A stretch of DNA of 64,000 nt from an uncultured Gammaproteobacteria bacterium (GTDB taxonomy: Bacteria > Patescibacteriota > Microgenomatia > Levybacterales > GWA1-39-11), in the NCBI GenBank assembly GCA_964450885.1, contig CAYVFE010000001.1, forward strand, positions 1,278-65,277, in the 5' to 3' direction. Both the position numbers and the translations under genes were made by a program. This document shows positions 56,604 to 64,000 of the stretch, piece after piece. Numbering within the stretch: the stretch's first letter is position 1; each line of letters opens with the position of its first letter. Under the pieces are notes generated by a model. The model was not told the origin of the DNA. It made no database searches and saw only the letters and a program-made list of their open reading frames with translations.

Positions 56604-57056
56604 CTATTTCTTTTTTATAACTAATACTCTATCGCGTCCTTCACCTTCTGACTCACTATAAACTCCACCATCGTCTTTTATAAGCATATGCACAAAGCGC
56701 CTCTCCCATGGCTTTAGACCGCGGACTGGCTTTTCAACTCCTGTTGACTCCACTTCTTCCTTTAGCCTTTCTATAAGACCAGTTAAGTATTCCTCACGCT
56801 CAGACCTATAGTTTCCAATTTCAACCGTAATCTGGTAGAATTCACCAGTCTTTTGAGAAATTATCATCTTTAAAAGCAACTCGAATGCAGAAAGAGTGTT
56901 ACCATGCTTTCCGATAAGAAAAGCGTTCTGCTCACCCGCATCTATCTCTACGCTAAAAGATTCATCTTCATGGCTTACTGCAACACTTGCTTCTATGTCT
57001 AAAAGTCTTAAAAGCTCTTGTGCTTCTTCTTGTATGTTATTTGTTATGTCTGTCAT
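56604..57056 (-). CDS. jag: KhpB/Jag RNA-binding protein (KH + R3H)
   Basis: LIGKHGNTL, ERRFVH, SESEGEGRDR. Confidence 0.88.
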   Translation of the reverse strand: MTDITNNIQEEAQELLRLLDIEASVAVSHEDESFSVEIDAGEQNAFLIGKHGNTLSAFELLLKMIISQKTGEFYQITVEIGNYRSEREEYLTGLIERLKEEVESTGVEKPVRGLKPWERRFVHMLIKDDGGVYSESEGEGRDRVLVIKKK

Positions 57057-57861
57057 ATTGCGCTAGCTGCGGAGCCCACTTTACGAGCCCTCCAAATCCT
57101 ACTAATAAATACTGCTGAAGTATACCAAAAAGCGTAAAAGTTATCCAATAAAGAGAAAGACCTATCGGCAGGGTAAACGAGAAAAATCCTATCATGATAG
57201 GAAAAATAAAGAGTGACTGTTTCATAAAACTTGTCTGAAAGTCTTCTTTTCCATCAGTCTTAGGAGGTGAGACTTTCGGCATCATCATCTTCGATAGAAC
57301 AAGCTGCGAAAGTCCGGTAAGTAGAGGTACTAGAAGAATCAAAAAATTTCCTTGAAAAAGGTCTGCTGGCTTTGCTGCTAGCTGGGCTCCAAAAAAAGTG
57401 GTATTCCACAAATGATCAGGCTTTAGGAAATCAAAGTACAAAAGGGGCGTGACCTCACTTAGGAAACGCTGGAACGAATCTATACCGACAGTACGGATGA
57501 TAACCTGATAAAGGCCTAAAATTATTGGGAGCTGAACTAATGCAGGAAGGCATCCGGCAGCAGGATTTATTCCATACTTTTTATAAAGCTTCATCGTCAT
57601 CTCCTGCTGTTTTTGCCTATCTTTTTTGTACTTTTCTCTTATCTCCTTCATTTCTGGAGCAAGCTCCTGCATTTTCTTACTTGATCTGATTTGAGCTGAC
57701 ATCAGAGGGTAAAGAATAATTCTAAGAAAAATGGTGAGGACGATGATAGAAAATCCCAGAGGAAAAATTATCCCGAATGAACTTAAAACCTGATAAATTC
57801 CTAGCAAAACATTCGTAATCGGCTGAATAAATAATAGTTCAAAAATCTCAAAAATAATCAT
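57037..57861 (-). CDS. yidC: Membrane protein insertase YidC
   Basis: RIILYPL, NPAAGCLPALVQLPI, GLSLYW. Confidence 0.92.
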   Translation of the reverse strand: MIIFEIFELLFIQPITNVLLGIYQVLSSFGIIFPLGFSIIVLTIFLRIILYPLMSAQIRSSKKMQELAPEMKEIREKYKKDRQKQQEMTMKLYKKYGINPAAGCLPALVQLPIILGLYQVIIRTVGIDSFQRFLSEVTPLLYFDFLKPDHLWNTTFFGAQLAAKPADLFQGNFLILLVPLLTGLSQLVLSKMMMPKVSPPKTDGKEDFQTSFMKQSLFIFPIMIGFFSFTLPIGLSLYWITFTLFGILQQYLLVGFGGLVKWAPQLAQYDRHNK

Positions 57862-57862
57862 C

Positions 57863-58177
57863 TTATATTTTTTCTATACATTCTTTTAGATATTTCTCAA
57901 GCAAATCGTTATCAAATTCCTCTTTTTGAGGCTTGATATAGATCACGATATCGTAACTTTGCTCCTTTTGTGCCAAGCTTTCTTTTAAAACTGCAAGCGC
58001 CTTACGTTTTATCTTATTCCTGACTACAGCCTTTTTGGAAACTTTTTTACTAACGACTACTGCGTTAGTTCCACTTTCTGTTTTTGCATCCGCAAAGCGA
58101 AAAGTAAAGTAGGGGGTAGGTATTACTTTCTTTGGTAATCCTTGCCTAAAAGAATATCTCTTTTCTTTTTCAAACAT
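57863..58177 (-). CDS. rnpA: RNase P protein component
   Basis: VVSKKVSKKAVVRNKIKR; synteny rpmH-rnpA-yidC. Confidence 0.85.
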   Translation of the reverse strand: MFEKEKRYSFRQGLPKKVIPTPYFTFRFADAKTESGTNAVVVSKKVSKKAVVRNKIKRKALAVLKESLAQKEQSYDIVIYIKPQKEEFDNDLLEKYLKECIEKI

Positions 58178-58222
58178 TTTTTAAGTGCTATTAAGCACAA
58201 ACTTTACCCGGAAAATCCGTAA

Positions 58223-58354
58223 CTAAACACTTTTTCTTCCTTTAAGCTGCCTTCTTTTTATGACTGCTTTTCCGCTTCTCGTTTTGCTCCTAACTAAAAA
58301 TCCGTGCTTCTTGTTATGTTTTTTCTTATTTGCTTTTGTTAATAATTCTGGCAT
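58223..58354 (-). CDS. rpmH: 50S ribosomal protein L34
   Basis: KKHGFLVRSKTRSGKAVIKRRQLKGR; start at MPELL. Confidence 0.88.
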   Translation of the reverse strand: MPELLTKANKKKHNKKHGFLVRSKTRSGKAVIKRRQLKGRKSV

Positions 58355-58457
58355 AAGCGTGATAATATCAAAATTAAGCTGAAAAAACAAGCAGGTTGTA
58401 CCTAATGTATATTTTGTCAAGGGTTGCATTTATGGCTCATTTTGTTATTCTTAAGTA

Positions 58458-59525
58458 ATGATAAAGATGGCCATAAATGGATATGGACGAATTGGACGTG
58501 TCGCACACCGGATAATTATCGAAAAGCACCCCGAGATAGAAGTTGTAGCCATAAATGCCGGAAAAAGTACAGATCTCACAGGCTGGATGTATCTTTTAAA
58601 ATACGACACCAACTACGGAGAACTAAGGAATCATACATTTGAAGTAAAAACCCCGGAACAAAAACCTCTGGGAATAGAAACCTCGGCTGAATTTTTAGGG
58701 TGGATATCGGTAGACGGAAATGACATCGCGATCTTTGCAGACAGAAAGCCAGAAAATCTTCCATGGAAAGATCTAGAGATAGATACCGTCATAGAATCGA
58801 CCGGCGCTTTTGAAAAACATGAAGACCTGATGCTTCATATAAAAGCAGGAGCAAAATCTGTAATACTTTCTGCTCCATATAAAGGAGATACGCCTGTCCC
58901 CACATATGTATTAGGAGTAAATTCCAATCCAAACGGTCAGGACTACTCAGACGTTGTCATCAACAATGCATCTTGTACCACCAACTGTATCTCACCTGTC
59001 GCAAAACTATTGGATGATGCATATGGAATAGAAAAAGCGATGATGACAACAATTCATGGATATACTTCCGATCAGAGGATCCAAGACGGAGGACACAAAG
59101 ATTATAGACGTGCAAGGACTGCCGCTGCAAATATAATTCCTACCTCAACCGGGGCTACAAAAGCAGCAGCTGAAGCGATCCCAAGTTTGAAGGGAATTTT
59201 TAATGGGCTTGCTATTAGAGTTCCTGTATCAGTCGGCTCTCTTTCCGACTTTACATTTCTACTTAAAAAGGATACGACCGGAGAAGAGCTGACAAAGCTT
59301 TTTAGAAATGCCGAGCAAAATGAATATAAAGGAATTCTACAGACAACAACTGACCCTATCGTCAGCTCAGATATCGTCGGTAATCCTCACTCATGCATAG
59401 TCGACTTGTCACTTACACAAATAGTAGGAGGCAATATGGTAAAAATTATCGCTTGGTATGACAATGAGTATGGTTATGCAAATAGACTAGTTGAACAAAG
59501 TGTGCTACTTGGAAAGAGTGCCTAA
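58458..59525 (+). CDS. gap: Glyceraldehyde-3-phosphate dehydrogenase type I
   Basis: INGYGRIGR, NASCTTNC, WYDNEYGY. Confidence 0.96.
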   Translation: MIKMAINGYGRIGRVAHRIIIEKHPEIEVVAINAGKSTDLTGWMYLLKYDTNYGELRNHTFEVKTPEQKPLGIETSAEFLGWISVDGNDIAIFADRKPENLPWKDLEIDTVIESTGAFEKHEDLMLHIKAGAKSVILSAPYKGDTPVPTYVLGVNSNPNGQDYSDVVINNASCTTNCISPVAKLLDDAYGIEKAMMTTIHGYTSDQRIQDGGHKDYRRARTAAANIIPTSTGATKAAAEAIPSLKGIFNGLAIRVPVSVGSLSDFTFLLKKDTTGEELTKLFRNAEQNEYKGILQTTTDPIVSSDIVGNPHSCIVDLSLTQIVGGNMVKIIAWYDNEYGYANRLVEQSVLLGKSA

Positions 59526-59542
59526 ATATTTTATAATAGGCA

Positions 59543-60127
59543 ATGGTCAAAGATCTCCCAGGAATTAAAAATATTACAATCTCCGGCAGAATAGGAAGTG
59601 GAGCAACCACACTTGCGTCAAAGCTATCAGAAAATCTAGGATGGGAAATGCTCGATGGTGGGAAAATAATGAGAAAAGTTCAAGATGATATCGGTGCTGG
59701 AGTCGAAGAGACAAGTAAAAGACCAGACCATTTTGATCTAGAGTACGAAGAGAAAATCAAAAAAATCCTCAAAAAAGAAACTCATCAAATAATTCAAAGC
59801 CATTTGGCAGGCTATGATGCGCAGGGAATTGGTGGAGTTTTTAAAATACTTGTAGTAACAGAGGATGCAGAGGGAAACGACAAGACTGATATAAGAATTG
59901 ACAGACTTGTTAACCGTGATGGGACCCCTATCGAACAGGCAAAGTATGAGATAAAAGAACGCGACAAGCAAAATCTGGAAAAATTCAGGCGCTTATATGC
60001 AGATAATGATCCCGAATGGGTCTATTGGGATAGAAAATATTATGATCTAATCATAAATACCTATAATCACAACCAAGAAGAGGCTATGCAGATCGCACTT
60101 GAAAACATTACTGCACGGCAAAGGTAG
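59543..60127 (+). CDS. cmk: Cytidylate kinase-like (archaeal-type)
   Basis: ITISGRIGSGATT, HLAG, YDLIINT. Confidence 0.75.
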   Translation: MVKDLPGIKNITISGRIGSGATTLASKLSENLGWEMLDGGKIMRKVQDDIGAGVEETSKRPDHFDLEYEEKIKKILKKETHQIIQSHLAGYDAQGIGGVFKILVVTEDAEGNDKTDIRIDRLVNRDGTPIEQAKYEIKERDKQNLEKFRRLYADNDPEWVYWDRKYYDLIINTYNHNQEEAMQIALENITARQR

Positions 60128-62390
60128 GAGTAGGTCTTACCATGCGACAGGTTGATTTCTCTTCAGTCCCATTTATAAAATACGCATCATATCCAAAACA
60201 TTTTTTACTGACAAGCCCTACAGGAATACTTACTATTAGATCTTGGTTGTCTTTCACAAGACTTTCTATAATACTTCTCCACATAGGAGCGGCGCCCGTT
60301 ATTCCGGAAGCAAGTGTCGGTGATAGAGGAGTATTATCATTATTTCCTACCCAGGTGGCTACCACATAATCTTTTGTGAATCCGACTGTCCAGTTATCTC
60401 TTTTATTATCCGTTGTGCCGGTTTTTACAGAGACTCTTTTTCCGGCAATATTTAATGGAGAATTCTGTCCGAAAGCCCGGCTTCTTGCTTGATTATCAGC
60501 GAGAATATCACCAATAATAAATGCCGCTTCCTGACTTACGACACGCTCCGGGCTAACTTTTTTTTCATAAACAGCTTCTCCCGAGCTATCTTTTACCTCG
60601 AGGATAGGGTCTAGATCTATCCTTTCTCCATAGTTTGCGATAGTTCCGTAAGCAGTTGCCAAATCCAACATTGTGACCTCATTTCCACCGAGAGTTATAG
60701 ACAATCCATAATGACTATTATTATTCCATGACGAAATCCCCATCTTCCTTCCATATTCCGCTATCAAATCCGGTCCCAGCTTTTCGGCAATCCTGACTGC
60801 GGGGATATTATAGGAATTTGCGAGAGCGAGCCTAAATGGAACCATTCCGCGATACTTTCCATCATAATTGACTGGCTTGTAGCTTTCTGATCCCGGAATT
60901 TGGATTGTGATAGGAGTATCTTGCAGGATTGAGCTTTCAGAAAAACCATTTTCTAAGGCTGCAGTATACGTAATAAGCTTTATTGTCGATCCCGGCTGAC
61001 GCAAAGCTGTGGTCAAATTCACATTGCCATCTTCCTCTACATCAAAAAAGTCTTTACTCCCCACCATCGCAAGTATATCGCCAGTTGCTGGATCTGTTAC
61101 GACAGTCGCAGCATTTCCTATCCCAAGATATGCATTCTCCGAAACGGTCTTTTCGACTTCCAGCTCTGCTTCCCGTTGGATATCCAGATCCAAGCTTGTT
61201 ACGATCTGCAGCCCGCCTCTTTCTACTTCATATATCCCATACCTTTTAATCAGCTCGCTTTTGACATACATTACAAAATGGGGCGCTTTGATTGACGTTT
61301 GCGGGTTCTTGAATGAAAGAGGCACCTGATAAGCCTCATGCGCATCATGTTCTGAAATATATCCGTCTCTTACCATCGCAGTCAAAACTTCCCACTGTCT
61401 TTTTTTCCATGTGTTTTGAGAATTTATGAATGGCGAATATATAGATGGGGCACGTGGGAGCCCTGCCAGGAAAGCAGCTTCGGAAAGACTTACCTGTGAG
61501 ACATCTTTTCCAAAATATGCTTCTGATGCAGCTTCTATCCCCCAAGCCGTTCCGCCATAAGGCACATAGTTAAAGTAAAGCTCAAGTATCTCGTCCTTCG
61601 TATATTTTTGCTCGGCAATAAGAGACAGCGCTACCTCTTTTGCTTTTCTTGTGATGGTCACCTCTGGTGTAAGAAGGGCAGACTTAATAAGTTGCTGTGT
61701 GATAGTAGATCCGCCTTGAAGTTCGTCTTTCGTGATATTTGCAACTATCGCACGACTTATTCCTCTTAAATCAAATCCTGGATGACTGTAAAAATTCTGG
61801 TCTTCTATTGCGATTGTCGCCTCCTTTAAATACTGAGGTATCTTATCAAGGCTAACTATCGTCCTATTTTGACTCGCATAAAATTCGTACAAAAGCTGGC
61901 CATTTCTATCATAAAGCTTTGTAGTCTGAGGAATCTCGCTAACTGAAAGCGCATCGAGAGTAGGGAGGTCGGATACAAAAATATATGAAGCTAAAGGAAT
62001 AAATACAAATATGAACGAAAAGATAGCTCCAAATAAAAAATACTTTAGTTTCGAAACTACCGTCTGCCTGTATCCTACAGTTGATGATCGCACTACGTCG
62101 CTTGATGTCTGTGCCGGCTTCTTTTTTTGTTTTGGCTTAATTTTCAAGCTAAATTTGGGGGTGTTCAGTTTTGGGAATTTAAGTCTACTGATTTTTGGAA
62201 AACGAAACTCAGGAAGAGCAACTGAGAATCTCGGTGGACTATAAGACTTAATTTTTGCTAACTTTTTTCTGAAAAATGAGATAATTTTACTCGATGTTGT
62301 CCAAATAATTCTAATTGAAGAATCAACAATCAAACCTATCCTGATTAAGAAATAAGCTATTAAATAGAATAAAAATTTTAATACTGCCAT
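60108..62390 (-). CDS. Class A penicillin-binding protein with basic N-terminal extension
   Basis: EDQNFY, QGGSTITQQ, STIK, SYN, KTGT. Confidence 0.92.
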   Translation of the reverse strand: MAVLKFLFYLIAYFLIRIGLIVDSSIRIIWTTSSKIISFFRKKLAKIKSYSPPRFSVALPEFRFPKISRLKFPKLNTPKFSLKIKPKQKKKPAQTSSDVVRSSTVGYRQTVVSKLKYFLFGAIFSFIFVFIPLASYIFVSDLPTLDALSVSEIPQTTKLYDRNGQLLYEFYASQNRTIVSLDKIPQYLKEATIAIEDQNFYSHPGFDLRGISRAIVANITKDELQGGSTITQQLIKSALLTPEVTITRKAKEVALSLIAEQKYTKDEILELYFNYVPYGGTAWGIEAASEAYFGKDVSQVSLSEAAFLAGLPRAPSIYSPFINSQNTWKKRQWEVLTAMVRDGYISEHDAHEAYQVPLSFKNPQTSIKAPHFVMYVKSELIKRYGIYEVERGGLQIVTSLDLDIQREAELEVEKTVSENAYLGIGNAATVVTDPATGDILAMVGSKDFFDVEEDGNVNLTTALRQPGSTIKLITYTAALENGFSESSILQDTPITIQIPGSESYKPVNYDGKYRGMVPFRLALANSYNIPAVRIAEKLGPDLIAEYGRKMGISSWNNNSHYGLSITLGGNEVTMLDLATAYGTIANYGERIDLDPILEVKDSSGEAVYEKKVSPERVVSQEAAFIIGDILADNQARSRAFGQNSPLNIAGKRVSVKTGTTDNKRDNWTVGFTKDYVVATWVGNNDNTPLSPTLASGITGAAPMWRSIIESLVKDNQDLIVSIPVGLVSKKCFGYDAYFINGTEEKSTCRMVRPTPTFAVQ

Positions 62391-62563
62391 TTTTTAGATC
62401 CGCTTGTAAGGCTTAATAAATTCTTTGGGCAGTGCTTCTTTCTTAAGAATATTATATAAAATTTATAGGATAACTTACAATACGTATTTTCTCATACAAA
62501 AATTTACAAAATATAACAAAATGCCTTTTAATTTATAAATTTTTCTGTTACAGTAAAAGCCAC

Positions 62564-63541
62564 ATGAGTGTTCTTGCGGTTGGATCTTCTCTAATAGACT
62601 TTTTTATCAGGATTGAAAAAAACGACCAAATTGATCTTTCTGATGAAAAAATTACTCTTCCTCTGGGAGCAAAGATACCTATAGACATCAAGTCGTTATC
62701 TCTGGGAGGTAATAGCGCGAATGTAAGCTCTGCGCTGCATAATCTCTCTATTCCGGTAACCCTGTACACATATCTAGGAAATGACCCGCTCTCAAAACAC
62801 ATCAGAGAAAAGATGGAGGAAAGAGGAGTTACCCTTATCGTCGAAAATATAGATGTGACTACAGGATCGCTTTCTCTGATATTTGATTTTCCTACAGATA
62901 GAATAATTTTTTCACATCACAATATGACATCGTACGGATTTGATGAGGAAAAAATCAAAGAAAAACCCGACATGATATTTTTAAGCTCCATGGGAAATGA
63001 ATGGGAAAGTGCTTACGAAAAAGTAATCACTTACGCTCAAAATAACAATATTCCTGTTGCGTTTTCGCCAGGATCTTCACAGCTTAAAAATATGAATGAG
63101 ACTTTTTTGAAAACAGTAAGGTCATCAAAGATTCTTCTTTGCAATATGGATGAAGCCAAAAGAATCCATAAAGCTCTTACTGGTAATGAACCAGAAGATC
63201 CTAAGAAGCTTCTGCTGAGCCTTAAGGAAAATAACTTCGATATCCTTTCGATAACCGATGCCCAAAATGGAGCATTTGCCGTAGACAAGAAAAACAACGT
63301 CTATAAAATCAATACTCTAAAACCTGAGAGTCACGAAAAGACGGGTGCCGGAGATGCTTACGCTGGAGCTTTTCTTGCAGGAATTTGCCTAGAGAAATCG
63401 ATCGAGGAATCTATGAAATGGGGCGTTTTGAATGCATTGGGAGAAATGAAACAAGCAGGTGCTGGCACTGGACAGCTAACGCTTGAGCAGATCGAAAAGG
63501 AAACTGAGGGTGCCCACGAATTAAATGTAGAGAAATTATGA
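62564..63541 (+). CDS. PfkB family carbohydrate kinase
   Basis: GGNSANVS, NMDEA, KTGAGDAYAGAF. Confidence 0.9.
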   Translation: MSVLAVGSSLIDFFIRIEKNDQIDLSDEKITLPLGAKIPIDIKSLSLGGNSANVSSALHNLSIPVTLYTYLGNDPLSKHIREKMEERGVTLIVENIDVTTGSLSLIFDFPTDRIIFSHHNMTSYGFDEEKIKEKPDMIFLSSMGNEWESAYEKVITYAQNNNIPVAFSPGSSQLKNMNETFLKTVRSSKILLCNMDEAKRIHKALTGNEPEDPKKLLLSLKENNFDILSITDAQNGAFAVDKKNNVYKINTLKPESHEKTGAGDAYAGAFLAGICLEKSIEESMKWGVLNALGEMKQAGAGTGQLTLEQIEKETEGAHELNVEKL

Positions 63542-64000
63542 AACTCGCAGTAGCAACCGATCATGCCGGGCTCGAATTCAAAAATAGTCTTGTAAAAATT
63601 CTTCAGGAAGATGGTCATGACGTTCTCGACTGTGGTCCTGAGAGCTTTGACGCAGATGACGACTATCCTGATTTTATCGGAAAAGCTGCAGAGGTAGTAT
63701 CTAAAAACGAAGACTATATGGGAATCGTCATGGGAGGATCAGGCCAGGGAGAGCAAATAACGGCAAATAAGTACAAAAATGTCCGATGCGCGCTTTTTTA
63801 TGGACCGGTAGCGCCTATCGGGGTGGTTGATGTATCCGGAAAAACCAGCTCTGATCCTTTTGAGATAATAAAACTCACCCGCCAGCATAACAACTCAAAT
63901 ATGCTATCTCTAGGAATAAGGTTTCTCGATCCTGATGACGCAATAAAAGCAGTGAGACTATTTATCAGCTCGCCCTTTCCACAGGAAGAAAGACACGTTC
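63538..64000 (+). CDS. rpiB: Ribose-5-phosphate isomerase B (3' partial; missing from ORF track)
   Basis: My translation MKLAVATDHAG..DDDYPD..GGSGQGEQITANK..RQHNNSNML; ATGA overlap with pfkB stop. Confidence 0.9.
   Translation, partial: MKLAVATDHAGLEFKNSLVKILQEDGHDVLDCGPESFDADDDYPDFIGKAAEVVSKNEDYMGIVMGGSGQGEQITANKYKNVRCALFYGPVAPIGVVDVSGKTSSDPFEIIKLTRQHNNSNMLSLGIRFLDPDDAIKAVRLFISSPFPQEERHV

Noticed and set aside
58355-58457. oriC upstream of rpmH
   Set aside because: No TTATCCACA-type boxes found and no dnaA adjacent.
21708-60127. Short 3' overlaps of convergent genes (recF/nnrD, glmS/valS, PBP/O-ligase, cmk/PBP)
   Set aside because: 14-20 nt overlaps are adequately explained by genome compaction.
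1-64000. CRISPR array, rRNA, IS elements, UGA recoding (code 25)
   Set aside because: No regularly spaced repeats, rRNA-like tracts or transposases seen; known genes are full length under code 11 and some end in TGA.

Overview
Gene-dense, AT-rich bacterial chromosome segment in standard genetic code 11. Gene content points to a Patescibacteria/CPR genome, probably Microgenomates (inference). The evidence is the ATP-dependent ligase, archaeal-type PyrH/Cmk, stand-alone PolI 5'-3' exonuclease, short ValS, a chromosomal TraD/HerA-like ATPase, DUF2207/DUF4012/DUF5654-like proteins and no amino-acid biosynthesis. The window holds about 70 CDS covering thioredoxin, glycan/Galf, dTTP synthesis, DNA repair, cell wall, tRNA synthetases, rpmH-rnpA-yidC-jag and glycolysis/pentose phosphate, plus five tRNAs. 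No rRNA, CRISPR or clear mobile element was seen. The top finding is at 33669-33938 (- strand): a consensus promoter drives a T-box riboswitch with an ultrashort Stem I, a likely Trp specifier (UGG plus a UGGC discriminator match) and a transcription terminator. It sits directly upstream of an unknown 73-aa Trp-free protein and then trpS. Other notable items are pervasive leaderless-type promoters, an atypical initiator tRNA, tRNA-Arg(GCG), a Fic/tandem-paralog/ATP-ligase operon with an operator-like palindrome, and Crp boxes beside a Crp lacking obvious cNMP residues. Several start codons were adjusted from the ORF track by eye, and all family calls come from motif recognition, not database searches.
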